Shown here: in pieces, positions 17,958-28,689 of the stretch
How the letters are laid out: the number at the start of each line of letters is the position of its first letter
Numbering within the stretch: the first letter of the stretch is position 1
DNA from: a virus
Taxonomy: Duplodnaviria > Caudoviricetes
Strand: one strand, 5' to 3'
Virus record (IMG/VR): IMGVR_UViG_3300025674_000058
Span: 1 to 52,846 of that record
DNA: 52,846 nucleotides
Notes under the pieces: model-generated
What the model saw: the letters and a program-made list of their open reading frames with translations, nothing else
Databases searched by the model: none
Told to the model about the DNA's origin: nothing
Program-made: the position numbers and the translations under genes

Positions 17958-19388
17958 ATGGCTTTCTCTTCTGAACTAAGAATTTTACCTTACCCCTCGC
18001 ACAACGCGAAGACAATTACCATTCAAGATGCAACAACCTACACTAGCTTGGCTATTGACGCTGGTGACGAAAGGGGTATTATTAAGATTGTTGACCCCGA
18101 TGGTCTAACGTCTTACAACAATACAAGCGTTGGTTCTCCCGACATAACTGCACTATCTAAAACTGTTAGCTCGGTTAGCGCGGCTACTGATATTATAACA
18201 ATGAGTGCGCCACACGGGTTGGTTACGGGCGACCCTGTTCGTTACAACGCGGCTACTTCTGCGGATTCAGGGCTTACAAACAACGCGAATTACTTTGTTA
18301 TTTACGTTTCGGCAACCACCTTAAAGTTAGCCACCACCTTAGAAAACGCAAAGGCGGAAACCGCAATTAGTCTTTCTGCGGATGCCGTTGGCGCGGAAAA
18401 GTTGATTTACAAAGCGGCTACTATTGCATTACCCTTAGATGGGGATGGAAACATAAAGCGAGGGGGTTACACCGTAACGCTTACCTTGTTTGATAAGGAC
18501 GTAACGGGAACAACCTTTGAGAGAAGTATTTATTTTGATTACGATTATTCTCGCCCAAGTATTGCGCTATCAATTAGCCATTCGGTAATTAACCCAATTT
18601 TCTTTAAATCGGTTGATGAAACTTCGTATGATTACAACGGGGTAACGCCAACGATAACAAGAACCCACACGTTGTTCTTTCCAAAAGACAAAGGCAGTTA
18701 CAGTGTTACAACAAAGACACTAAACACAAACTCTTATTACACGGGGGCAAGTACGGTTTATTTGCTTTCTGTGACCGATTACGTTTTTGCCACGGCTTAT
18801 TACACAGACGACACGGCAAACCTTGTTAATTGGAGGTTGTCTGATTCCTTCTCTAAAAATGAGGCGTACACAGTAAGCGACTCTACGAGCGTTTGCGATT
18901 ACTACTCTTGCATTGAAAACTTGTTTGACAAGGTTCAAGAAAAAAGATTAAAGAACGCAAACGATTACGAGTCTTTGAAGGCTGATTTGGATTGGGCTAC
19001 GTTAAATTGGCAGATGTTACAAAACGCAATTAACTGCAATAAATCTGAGGATTTCCAAAAGTACATTACGCAAATCGAAGATGCAACAGGATGTACAGGG
19101 ATTTGTGATAGTGGACAAGTAACCCTAGTTACAGGGATTGGGGTTGTTGATGTTCTTGATAAGAGATACGATGTAACAGCGCCTACGAACTTAGCTTCTT
19201 ACACGTTCCTTAATTCAAGTGGAAACGCTGCCCTTATAGGGTTTAACTCAAATAACGGAGATGTTTTAGTTTACGTTGACGGGTTGTTAGACACGGGTGG
19301 AAGTTTAGATTCAAGCACGGGTACTTATACTTTCGGTGCAGTAGTAACAAACGGGGCTGTTATGACGGCTGTAATAAATCAATTATGA
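17958..19388 (+). CDS. virion structural protein with inserted beta-rich module
   Basis: T/S-rich 476 aa; HGLVTGDPV..GLTNNANYFV..LKLATT module; Cys-containing helical segment. Confidence 0.7.
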   Translation: MAFSSELRILPYPSHNAKTITIQDATTYTSLAIDAGDERGIIKIVDPDGLTSYNNTSVGSPDITALSKTVSSVSAATDIITMSAPHGLVTGDPVRYNAATSADSGLTNNANYFVIYVSATTLKLATTLENAKAETAISLSADAVGAEKLIYKAATIALPLDGDGNIKRGGYTVTLTLFDKDVTGTTFERSIYFDYDYSRPSIALSISHSVINPIFFKSVDETSYDYNGVTPTITRTHTLFFPKDKGSYSVTTKTLNTNSYYTGASTVYLLSVTDYVFATAYYTDDTANLVNWRLSDSFSKNEAYTVSDSTSVCDYYSCIENLFDKVQEKRLKNANDYESLKADLDWATLNWQMLQNAINCNKSEDFQKYITQIEDATGCTGICDSGQVTLVTGIGVVDVLDKRYDVTAPTNLASYTFLNSSGNAALIGFNSNNGDVLVYVDGLLDTGGSLDSSTGTYTFGAVVTNGAVMTAVINQL

Positions 19389-20344
19389 TGAAAAAGTTAT
19401 TAGTTTTAGTTTTTGCATTTGTATCTTTTGGGGCTTACTCGCAAGCCTTTAAAGAGGTAAACCAAAAGTTGTACTTTAAGAACGCAACTAAGTTTGGAGA
19501 CACCCTGTTTGTGGATTCGGCAAGTGTTTTAGGTAGCGGTCAGTTTTTGAAGATTGTCGATACTACGGCTTCTGTTTGGAGGCTTGGACGTTCTGATTTC
19601 GATGCTACGGACACAAGCTTCTTTAGCAAAGTTGGGTTTAAGTTAGAGCCTAAGAATGTTGAGGACACTATTGCTGCTGCGGGGTTGGATTTGTATGGAA
19701 TATCTGGTTCGGGTAATGAATTGCGGATAGGTTCTGACAACAGGGTTTTTCGCGCACCAATAGACTCGAGCTTTTTTAATAAGGTAGGATTTAAGTTAGA
19801 GCCTAAACATACGGGAGACACCATTGCGGCTGCGGGGCTAGACTTGTACGGCATATCGGGTTCGGGTAATGAGTTGAGAATTGGTTCTGATAATAGAGTT
19901 TACCGCGCACCAATAGACACGAGCTTTTTTAATAGGGGAGGCTCTCTTGTTGTCTTAAAAACATTATCCGACACTTTGCAGGCTAGTTATGCTCGTATAA
20001 ATACGATTCAGACTTGCGTTGACAGTACGTCTGTTTTTAACGCGATAGGAGGCTTTACGGGGCTTTCGTTCACTAATAACTGCTCTGTAAACGTAATAAC
20101 ATATTCTGACACTACCTCAAGTGGTTTACAGCCAAAAGTAATTACGTTCGGAGGTCTTATTGCGGGGTCGACCGTAACCTTAGTTGGCGGTTTTAGAAGT
20201 GCTAGTGCAGACTCTTCTGTTGTTATTTTGGACACGCCTCCGTTTTTCTTAAATGGAAATGACACGTTAAAACATAGAGAGTCTATAACCTTATTTATAA
20301 AGAGCGCAACCGAAGCTATTGAGGTTTCAAGAAGTGATAATTAA
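19385..20344 (+). CDS. repeat-containing fibre-like protein with signal-peptide-like N-terminus
   Basis: MMKKLLVLVFAFVSFGAYSQ; 51 aa tandem repeat. Confidence 0.7.
   Translation: MMKKLLVLVFAFVSFGAYSQAFKEVNQKLYFKNATKFGDTLFVDSASVLGSGQFLKIVDTTASVWRLGRSDFDATDTSFFSKVGFKLEPKNVEDTIAAAGLDLYGISGSGNELRIGSDNRVFRAPIDSSFFNKVGFKLEPKHTGDTIAAAGLDLYGISGSGNELRIGSDNRVYRAPIDTSFFNRGGSLVVLKTLSDTLQASYARINTIQTCVDSTSVFNAIGGFTGLSFTNNCSVNVITYSDTTSSGLQPKVITFGGLIAGSTVTLVGGFRSASADSSVVILDTPPFFLNGNDTLKHRESITLFIKSATEAIEVSRSDN
19610..19933 (+). repeat. 153 bp in-frame tandem repeat (two copies plus start of a third)
   Basis: units start at 19610, 19763 and 19916 (D[TS]SFF...). Confidence 0.9.
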
Positions 20345-20985
20345 TGTTAAACGTAAATACGGTATATAAGCAAGTTTTAGACTTACTCAACAAAAATCAA
20401 ATTGGTGGGTACTTGGATGAAACTGTGTTTAACTCTTACGCTGAGTCCAGTCAGATTGATTGGTTTAACGATGCTTATGCTCGTTACGAGTCCAACCAAA
20501 AGAACGTGGACGATATTCGTGTACTCCGCGCAAAACCGAAGATACTAACTTTGGACGCGAACGGAGAGGCAAGTTATCCGAGTGACTATTATCACGCTTC
20601 TAATATTTGGCGACCCGAAGTTGTGAACGGAAGGCGTTCAAGCGTGGACATTATCACAGACGCAGAATTAGTGCAAAGGTTGGGTTCGGCTTTAGAGGAG
20701 GTAAACGAGGATTACCCCATAGCCGTACTTTACGACACGTACATTCAGGTTTACCCAACGACAATACGTAGGGTAGAGTTGTCTTACTTGCGCGTACCCA
20801 CAGCTCCTAATTGGGCTTACACGGTAACAAACGGGCGGAAGGTTTACGATTCGGGCAACAGCACCGACTTTGAAGTGCCTGATTATGCTATAAACGATAT
20901 AGTCAACAGAATACTTACAATGGCTTCTGTTGAGATACGCGACCAATTCACAACACAATACGGAGCGGCAAACAATGACAACTAA
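20344..20985 (+). CDS. tail ring/adaptor protein
   Basis: VYKQVLDLLNKNQ.GGYL..FN, LSYLRVPTAP.W motif; position in the tail module. Confidence 0.7.
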   Translation: MLNVNTVYKQVLDLLNKNQIGGYLDETVFNSYAESSQIDWFNDAYARYESNQKNVDDIRVLRAKPKILTLDANGEASYPSDYYHASNIWRPEVVNGRRSSVDIITDAELVQRLGSALEEVNEDYPIAVLYDTYIQVYPTTIRRVELSYLRVPTAPNWAYTVTNGRKVYDSGNSTDFEVPDYAINDIVNRILTMASVEIRDQFTTQYGAANNDN

Positions 20986-21580
20986 AAGAAGGTTAGCGGA
21001 ACAGGTGCAAAAGATACTTTACCCAAGATTGGGAAAGGATGTGAAGTTCTCTTTGAGAGAGGCTATGTTAGCCGTTTCTCAAGTTAGGGATAATATTGCT
21101 TATTCTCTTTTAACGTCTGCTGCCTTTGACGGGGATTACGATTTGTTCGGTGGTTTTGTAAGCGAGTACGAGTTTGTGGCGGAGAAAAACAGCAAGGGTG
21201 TGTTTGTTCAGTTACCCGTTGCGCCATTGGATTTACCAAAGGGTATGGGGGTTTATAGGGTGTCTTTAACCGAAAGCCCCGACAAGGTTTTTATACCGTT
21301 ACCCATAAACTTTCTGTCTATGTACGCTGAGGACGAGATGTTAAGTTTGGAAGGAAACAGGGGGTACATATTTCAAGGCAACAGATTGTTGTTTCCAAAG
21401 GGCGACGAGGGGATGTGTTTGTCAGCCCTTATGATAGTTTCGGGGGACAGTATTGACCCTGACGCTTATTTTCCAATGCCGCCCTCTTACGAGCGCCAAG
21501 TGATAATGGGTGCTGTGGAGATGTACACATTGCAAAAGCAAGTAGGCGAGGATTTGTTGAACGATAATATTTCGGAATAG
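20975..21580 (+). CDS. tail ring protein
   Basis: start MTTKRR overlapping the previous stop; ~200 aa in the ring cluster. Confidence 0.6.
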   Translation: MTTKRRLAEQVQKILYPRLGKDVKFSLREAMLAVSQVRDNIAYSLLTSAAFDGDYDLFGGFVSEYEFVAEKNSKGVFVQLPVAPLDLPKGMGVYRVSLTESPDKVFIPLPINFLSMYAEDEMLSLEGNRGYIFQGNRLLFPKGDEGMCLSALMIVSGDSIDPDAYFPMPPSYERQVIMGAVEMYTLQKQVGEDLLNDNISE

Positions 21581-22300
21581 ATGAGAAGTTTGTATCAAAT
21601 AGCAAAAGACTACGCGGTAAGCATAGGTCGGGATTCAGAGCATGACGTGTTACGGTACATGAAGTTTGCTATTTCGGGATTGAAAGATTTACACTTTGAC
21701 GTAAACGGTTATCCAAAAGAAGTTAAGTTGGAGATTGAGTCAAACGGAACTGCGGATTTACCAAGTGATTATGTTAAGTGGTTGCAAGTAGATACTATTC
21801 GTCACGGGCGAAGATACCCATTAAACAACTCAAAGTCTATTGCTCCAAGAACGAGTGACGATTGCGGAGATACAGAACCGCAAGAGGTAACTCCCGTTGG
21901 TATGATAGACAGCACAACAACTTACACGAACCGACACGGGGAGGCAATAGGAAGGATGTACGGGTTGAGCGGCACGTTTAATGGCGATTTTGTAATAAAC
22001 AACGATTTGCACCGAATAGAGTTTGACCAAACGCCCTCAAACGATGTTTACTTAAAGTACCTATCAAAGCCCACGCAAGTAGATGGGCGGTACATGGTGC
22101 ATGAGTTTTTGGTTGACCCCTTGATGTATTGGATTGATTATTGCGCCAAGCGGTTTCAAAAGATTGCGGTAAGCCAAAAGCAGTACGCGCACATTCAATA
22201 CGTAAACGCGAAGATAAAGGCTAAGAAAAGGTTTAATTCAATGACTAAACGCACGGCGGAGCAAGTGTTACGTCGAGGTCAAAAATCAATGAAGTTTTGA
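21581..22300 (+). CDS. tail ring/tubular protein
   Basis: LPSDYVKW, VYLKYLS, VHEFLVDPLMYWI motifs. Confidence 0.7.
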   Translation: MRSLYQIAKDYAVSIGRDSEHDVLRYMKFAISGLKDLHFDVNGYPKEVKLEIESNGTADLPSDYVKWLQVDTIRHGRRYPLNNSKSIAPRTSDDCGDTEPQEVTPVGMIDSTTTYTNRHGEAIGRMYGLSGTFNGDFVINNDLHRIEFDQTPSNDVYLKYLSKPTQVDGRYMVHEFLVDPLMYWIDYCAKRFQKIAVSQKQYAHIQYVNAKIKAKKRFNSMTKRTAEQVLRRGQKSMKF

Positions 22301-25300
22301 GGGAAAAGCGGTTTTTCTTTGGCGGCATGAATAAGGACGACGACCCTCGTTTTGTAGAGAACGGGGATTGGATTGATGCTTTAAATTGCGCGACCTATAA
22401 TGACGATGGCATTGGTGGAGATATAGTTACAGAGATAGGTAACAGAGAGATTGTGTCTTATAGCTTAGGAACTGCTCAGTACACGCTACCTAGCGGAACA
22501 AACACTTGCATAGGTTCTGTGGATGACCCGATAAGAAGCTTTACTTATTACTTCGTTCACAATTCAAACGGAAACCACGTTATATTGCGTTACGATTATG
22601 ATGAAAACGTGGCGAGATTGGTTTTTGAAAACAATGACTTCTCGCTGCTTTCTGCGTTTTCCACCACCACAACTTACACGATAAATAGTGAGGTTACTAG
22701 CGGAGGTGAGTCGTATAAGCTTTTTAGAGAAGATTATTTATCTCGAAAAACAGTAACGTCTTACAACAACTCTACAAATGTAATTACGGTTGGCACTCAC
22801 TATTACAAGACGGGCGATATGGTTACATTCTCCGAAAATAGCGGGTCTATTGGTGGTTTGACCGACGGGGATGTGTATTACATTATAAGAACATCGGCAA
22901 CCGAGATACAAGTTGCGCTTAGTTTTTCTGATGCAATAAATGGCACGGAGATTAGTTTAAGTAGTACGCTAAGTGGCTCGCCCTATTTTGAGTACACTAA
23001 CGGGGTTTTAGATAAGAGCGCTTGGTTTAAAACATCCGACAAGATAAACTTTTCTTTATCTAATAAAATACATAGCGCTGCGGTTATAGAGCAAAGCTCA
23101 AAGGTGTATTTAATTTGGACTGACAACGGCGAACAGCCTTCGGTATTAGACGTTACAACCGCTCCCGCAACCCCAAGGTCAAGGGCTATGGTTGACCTTT
23201 ACGCCACTCAACCTCAGCACCCAATGACCGCAGAGTACGGTAGCGACTCTATTACCGATAATAACAATACCGCTAAAAAAGCCTTACAATTTAGGTATTC
23301 TTATAAATTAAACGACAACAGAACCACTGTAATGTCGCCAATATCAAGAATACCGATACCAACGGTTGCTAATTACTCAAGCGTTCGGTCAGATAACAAA
23401 GTTCAGTTACAAGTTCCTATTGACGAAAGGTTAAGTATATCTGAGGTAAATATTTATGTCAAGGTAAATGGTAGTGGAAATTCGGGCGATTGGTATTTAG
23501 CCGATGTTATTAAAGTTTCCGACTCAACCGTAGTAGAAAACTCATCACCATTTTCGGATAGATATTTAAGGTATATTGCCTACGACTTTTTTAACGAATC
23601 GGTTTTAGCCCCCGTTCAACAAGAGATACAACAACAGCTACAAGATAGAATACCTAGAGCTAGTAAAGCCCTTTGCGTTGCCTCTGATAGATTACTATTG
23701 GCTAACAACTTAGACGGGTACAACTTTAACCTATCTAGTTTAGACGTTAGCGTCGAGCCGATTACAACGGTAGAGGATTTAGCTTCGGGCGCAGCACCAT
23801 TGCCAACATTTAAAAAGGCTTGTAAATACCCAATAGGTATTGTTTATGGCGATAGGAGTGGAAGGGTAAGCACTGTTTACACAAACAAAGATATGTTCTT
23901 AGAAGTTCCCTATTGGGCTTATTGGAACAGGGGGCAAGTTAAGTGTAAAATATCAATAGGGCACGCGCCCCCAAGTTGGGCAGAGTTTTGGTATCCTGTT
24001 TTTTCGGGAAACCAAACAATGTCAAGTTGGACTCAATCCGCTGTTGATTCTGTTGCCACGAACAGGGTTGGTTTAGCTGATGTTGATTCTTATAACGCGG
24101 AAAACGATGATGCGGGTTATGACATATCTTTTTTAAAGGGGCAGCAAACTAGGGTTATTTATGATGCAAGCGCGGTGAATTTCATAGCAGCAACAAACGG
24201 AGATGTTCGCGTTGCTGGAATATCAACAAGCTACCTAGTTAGGGCTAGTTTCAATCAGTTTACAACAAACCCAGCGAACAATGATTTAATGGAGGTTTAC
24301 CGCCCCAAAACGCCCGATGAAATAGACACGGCTATTTGGTATGAAATGGGGTGGTCTTTTAAAATAGAGATTGACAAAAACGGCAACAGGGTACACGGTG
24401 GTAACTCAAGCTTTTATTCTTTGTCTGATAGCTACTCTGCCGCTGAATATACCGTAACCGCAGTAAACACCACGTCTGACCATATAACAATAGGCTCTCA
24501 TAACTACACAACGGGCGACCCGATTCTTTATCGCGACGGTGGTACGGCAATAACGCCTTTGGTTGATAATACTGTTTACTATGTAATTGTTGTATCCCCA
24601 ACGGTAATTCAGTTAGCCACAACTCGCGCAAACGCTTTAGCGGGTACAGACATAAACCTAACAGCAACCACAACATTTGGTCAGGTTATACAAGGAGATA
24701 ACACGCCTGTAAAAACGCAATCACAAATTATAGGGGCTGATTCTCAAGATTGTATTGTGGTGGTTGACCAAGCTGATTGTTATCTAAGAAATATATTAGA
24801 CTTAGATAGCGGGTCGCCGTCTGTGTATAAAACATACGAGTTTCAAGACATTTTTCCCTTTGAGGACTCTAAGGTTAGGGGTATAGGTAGGTCAAATATT
24901 TACAACGAGAGTTACAAAGAAACAAGAATAGAGGAAGACATATCGTTTTCTGAGAGAATAGTAAACGACACAGACCTCATTGGTTTTAACCGATTCTTAG
25001 ACGCTAACTTTAGCTCGTCGGTAAGTAATAGTTTTGGTGGTATAAACTTCATGTTTGCGGAAGGAGATTCAGTTCTTTGCTTACAAGAAACAAGAACATC
25101 GAGGTTGCTAACAAACCGAAACTACGTTTACACTACACAAGGCTCTTTAGAAATACAAGCAAACACATTCCTTTCAGAACCTCAGTATTTCGCACAAGAG
25201 TTTGGTTGTCAAAACCCCGAAAGTTTTGCGCAATATAGTGGCGTTAAATTTTGGGTTGATGGGTTTAGAGGTGCGGTTATAAGGTGTGTTGGAAACTCTT

Positions 25301-26253
25301 TAGAAAATATTGGGCAGATAAAAATGTCTTCTTATTTTGAAAGAAACCTACCTGATACATACCCCGAAAGTCAGAGTATAGGAAACAATGGCTTTGTGTA
25401 CGGCGGTTATTCTTTTAGAGATAATTCTTATTACATAAACATAGACACTCACAGGGATATAATAAGAAGTGGCTCTACAAGTGGCGCTAATTATGTTGTT
25501 CAAATGACCGACCTCGACATAGAGGACGGTACTTTTGATGATATAGTAAACAACGGCACTATGTACATTTTTATTGAACCTTATCTTTCACTTTCTTTAA
25601 CCGAAAGATACGTTGGGTTGAGTGTTGTTGCAAGTAGTTCGGAAAACAAAACAATAACAATTAACAGGGGTCTTTTAAGCCCAAACGCAAGCATTTTAAT
25701 TTATGTGCCAAAGGTAGAAACACTTTCTTTTTCAAACGAAAGAAACAGGTGGATTAGTAGGCACTCTTTTAACCCCGAGTGGATTGGCGGCTCGGGCAAT
25801 TCTTTGATTAGCTTTAAGTCGGGGAAAATGTACAGGCATTACCTATCATCATACGAAACAGACTTTTTTACAACGCAATTAAACTACGCTAGGTTTTACA
25901 ACGTAAATTATAATATGTCTATTGAAGTCCCGTTCAACCAAGATAACAATGTTGTAAAGACCCCTCTGAACATAATGACCGACTCAAACCAAGTCTTTTA
26001 TGTTGATTATGCTCATAATGAAAGGGGGCAAATAACAGAAAATGTATTAGCTGATTTTGTGAGCAAGGAGGGAGGATATTGGTCTGTTATGTTTAGGGAT
26101 AAAACAACGCCTAATTTAACATACCCATTATTGGAGGGTGATTTAATGAAGGGCAGGGCTTTGAGGTGTATATTAGAAACAATAGTGGACGGAAACCAAC
26201 AGTCGGTTCTTTCGGCTACGGAATTAGTGTACAATCAAAGCAAAGCCATTTAG
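22297..26253 (+). CDS. tail nozzle/muzzle (stabilisation) protein
   Basis: 1318 aa; GGMNKDDDPRFV.NGDWIDALN N-terminus, QFRYSY, FGCQNPESFA, TLSFS..RNRW.SRHSFNPE. Confidence 0.82.
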   Translation: MREKRFFFGGMNKDDDPRFVENGDWIDALNCATYNDDGIGGDIVTEIGNREIVSYSLGTAQYTLPSGTNTCIGSVDDPIRSFTYYFVHNSNGNHVILRYDYDENVARLVFENNDFSLLSAFSTTTTYTINSEVTSGGESYKLFREDYLSRKTVTSYNNSTNVITVGTHYYKTGDMVTFSENSGSIGGLTDGDVYYIIRTSATEIQVALSFSDAINGTEISLSSTLSGSPYFEYTNGVLDKSAWFKTSDKINFSLSNKIHSAAVIEQSSKVYLIWTDNGEQPSVLDVTTAPATPRSRAMVDLYATQPQHPMTAEYGSDSITDNNNTAKKALQFRYSYKLNDNRTTVMSPISRIPIPTVANYSSVRSDNKVQLQVPIDERLSISEVNIYVKVNGSGNSGDWYLADVIKVSDSTVVENSSPFSDRYLRYIAYDFFNESVLAPVQQEIQQQLQDRIPRASKALCVASDRLLLANNLDGYNFNLSSLDVSVEPITTVEDLASGAAPLPTFKKACKYPIGIVYGDRSGRVSTVYTNKDMFLEVPYWAYWNRGQVKCKISIGHAPPSWAEFWYPVFSGNQTMSSWTQSAVDSVATNRVGLADVDSYNAENDDAGYDISFLKGQQTRVIYDASAVNFIAATNGDVRVAGISTSYLVRASFNQFTTNPANNDLMEVYRPKTPDEIDTAIWYEMGWSFKIEIDKNGNRVHGGNSSFYSLSDSYSAAEYTVTAVNTTSDHITIGSHNYTTGDPILYRDGGTAITPLVDNTVYYVIVVSPTVIQLATTRANALAGTDINLTATTTFGQVIQGDNTPVKTQSQIIGADSQDCIVVVDQADCYLRNILDLDSGSPSVYKTYEFQDIFPFEDSKVRGIGRSNIYNESYKETRIEEDISFSERIVNDTDLIGFNRFLDANFSSSVSNSFGGINFMFAEGDSVLCLQETRTSRLLTNRNYVYTTQGSLEIQANTFLSEPQYFAQEFGCQNPESFAQYSGVKFWVDGFRGAVIRCVGNSLENIGQIKMSSYFERNLPDTYPESQSIGNNGFVYGGYSFRDNSYYINIDTHRDIIRSGSTSGANYVVQMTDLDIEDGTFDDIVNNGTMYIFIEPYLSLSLTERYVGLSVVASSSENKTITINRGLLSPNASILIYVPKVETLSFSNERNRWISRHSFNPEWIGGSGNSLISFKSGKMYRHYLSSYETDFFTTQLNYARFYNVNYNMSIEVPFNQDNNVVKTPLNIMTDSNQVFYVDYAHNERGQITENVLADFVSKEGGYWSVMFRDKTTPNLTYPLLEGDLMKGRALRCILETIVDGNQQSVLSATELVYNQSKAI

Positions 26254-26279
26254 AATAAAAACGTATATTTGCAAGAGAT

Positions 26280-26975
26280 ATGGAGCCACTTACATTAGCC
26301 GCAATAGCGGGGGGGAAATTGCTTTTAGATAAGGCGGGGATAAAGCTATCTAATCCATTTAACACAAAGCAAGCCGAAAACGCTTTGGCGGCTCAATCAA
26401 AAGCACAGCAAATGACCGCTACGGCGATGCGTAATGTGTTATCTCAGCAAGAGCGCCCACAGATGAACGCTCAAGTAAACACGCTTTCGCAACTTTACAA
26501 CGACGTTACGAACACCCTTCCCGAGCAGCAGTTCCAACAGCAAGTTGAATTAGCAGACAGGGCGGCAATGACGGGGGTTCGTCAACTTCAACAAGGGCGC
26601 ACTGGCAATAGGTTTGTCGGCGGTCTTACTTCTAATTTAGCAGACGCTTACAGACAAGCTAACTTAGACCGTATGCAAATGCAAACACAAAACAGATTAG
26701 CCACAGCGCCTATGTTAGCTCAAGCGCAAGGGCAACAAGAGTATTACAACGTACTTAGACCACGAGAGCAACAAGAGGCGGAGTATATGGCTATGTTAGG
26801 CGGGGGGCAACAGAACTATCTGCAATCTGCTTATATGCAGTCTATGAGAGGGGCAAGAAACCAACAAACGGCGTTGGACGCAGGGGCTTTGGCGGTTGAA
26901 GCTCTTCCCACGATTGTTAGTTTAGCTTCGAGTGGCGCAGCGGGCGGTGGCGCGGGTGGTGGCGCGGGTGGTTAA
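26280..26975 (+). CDS. putative ejection (internal virion) protein
   Basis: MEPLTLAAIAGG start, Q/A-rich, Gly tail; promoter box 26264-26271. Confidence 0.65.
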   Translation: MEPLTLAAIAGGKLLLDKAGIKLSNPFNTKQAENALAAQSKAQQMTATAMRNVLSQQERPQMNAQVNTLSQLYNDVTNTLPEQQFQQQVELADRAAMTGVRQLQQGRTGNRFVGGLTSNLADAYRQANLDRMQMQTQNRLATAPMLAQAQGQQEYYNVLRPREQQEAEYMAMLGGGQQNYLQSAYMQSMRGARNQQTALDAGALAVEALPTIVSLASSGAAGGGAGGGAGG

Positions 26976-26991
26976 TTAGTATAAATAAAGT

Positions 26992-28689
26992 ATGAGTTAC
27001 GTACCAACAACACAACAACAGGGACAGGGTGGCGCTCAAGTAGGGCAAGCCCAAGCATTACCTCAGTTAGATTTTACGGGGGCTAGAATTGCCGTCGACT
27101 CAATGAAAGAGGCAAAGGAAGCGGCGCGTCTTGCGGAGCAAAAACAAAATGAGGCTCAGTCTAAACTAAACGAAAGGTTTGGGGTTCTTAGAGCCGTCAT
27201 GTATCCACCAGCACTACAAGGTGGTTATGATAACTTTATAGAGTCAACCCTAGAACAAATAGAAAAAGACCCTAGAAACGCTATAGCATATATTTCTGAG
27301 GCGGAAGAGACAAAAAAGATTTATGACGAAAGGGCTAAGTTATTATCTAAAGACGCGTTTGATTTAACGCAAAAAGATGTTTACTTCAAAGACCCTGCGC
27401 TTGCGGCTTTTAACGACTACGATTCGGTTAGAGCCTCGGGGGAAACAGACCCTTTTAAAATATCAGAAGTTGTTTATAGCGCATTGGGTCAGGCTGTACC
27501 CGTAAATGAGAACTTAGGAAAAGATATTTACGATTTTTCAGGGCGATTAGCGGCTGAACTATCAAACACCGAGGGGGCTGAAAATCTTTTTGATGGTGGT
27601 TTAAATGTAGTTAGAGAGGGCGGTTTTGTTGGCGCTCAATTGGTTCAAAAACTAAGCCCCGAAGGTCGAGAATATGTTATCGACCAAATTTACGGTACGC
27701 CCGAAGTTCAAAAACAGTTAGTAGGCAAGTTCTTTAGCCCCGACCCAACCGAAACCGAGCGATTAGCTAAGGATTACATTCGTAAAAACATAGGCTTTGA
27801 AAAGGTAATGGGGCTAAGTCAAGCATCGTCTGGCGGTAGAGGTAGAGATAATGTTGGTATTTCTATTTCAGATGGGGTTGGCGAGGTTAAGAACAGTTTT
27901 GCGGACGCTAAGAGGCTTGGGGTTGCTAGTGTTAGACCTAAAGAGATTTTTATGTCGCCCTATCTTCAAGAAGAAATAAAAGTAACCGCTGACGTAAATC
28001 AAGACGGGCAAGGTGAGAGCTTAACGGGTAAGGTTGTTCGACTTACGGCTAATGCAAGCGGAGAGCCTGTTGTTGTAGTAGAGGTTAAAAAACCCTATGA
28101 CCCTTCAAACCCAAGCTCAGCAAGCGAAAGAATAAATATAGAAGTCCCTTACGAGGGTGTAAAAGACGACATTCTTCAAAACATTCGCGAGCAATATGGA
28201 GAGAAAAGAGGAAAGGTTATATTTGACACTATATCTGAATGGGAGGGGATGATAGGCGATATGGAGAAAACGCCTTTCCCTGAAAAGGAATTGGAGAGTA
28301 CGTACAACCAACTTCATAAAATAGCCACATCGTCAGAGAGTGACGAGAAAAAGACATCGCAAATACAACAGTTATTGGGTAGAAGTGATGTTAGTTACGT
28401 TGGCGGGTTTAGTACCACAGACCTTAATGTTGGTGGAAAAGAAGTTAAGTTATTTAAGTTTGGTAGTAAAGCTAAATTATCGGGCGAAGACCTTGAAGAA
28501 ACATTATCCACCCTATATGATGCCGATGCTATAATAAGTGGTCAAGAGTCGCCCACCGAACCAACAAATGAGAATAAGAATTATACGGAAGCGGAAGAAT
28601 CTGGCATAAAGGCGGTAATGGAAAGTAACGGAGTTACAAGGGAAGAGGCAATAGAGGCGTTGATTGAGGCGGGGAAAATAAGTAGATAA
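26992..28689 (+). CDS. putative ejection protein
   Basis: 565 aa between small and giant ejection genes. Confidence 0.6.
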   Translation: MSYVPTTQQQGQGGAQVGQAQALPQLDFTGARIAVDSMKEAKEAARLAEQKQNEAQSKLNERFGVLRAVMYPPALQGGYDNFIESTLEQIEKDPRNAIAYISEAEETKKIYDERAKLLSKDAFDLTQKDVYFKDPALAAFNDYDSVRASGETDPFKISEVVYSALGQAVPVNENLGKDIYDFSGRLAAELSNTEGAENLFDGGLNVVREGGFVGAQLVQKLSPEGREYVIDQIYGTPEVQKQLVGKFFSPDPTETERLAKDYIRKNIGFEKVMGLSQASSGGRGRDNVGISISDGVGEVKNSFADAKRLGVASVRPKEIFMSPYLQEEIKVTADVNQDGQGESLTGKVVRLTANASGEPVVVVEVKKPYDPSNPSSASERINIEVPYEGVKDDILQNIREQYGEKRGKVIFDTISEWEGMIGDMEKTPFPEKELESTYNQLHKIATSSESDEKKTSQIQQLLGRSDVSYVGGFSTTDLNVGGKEVKLFKFGSKAKLSGEDLEETLSTLYDADAIISGQESPTEPTNENKNYTEAEESGIKAVMESNGVTREEAIEALIEAGKISR

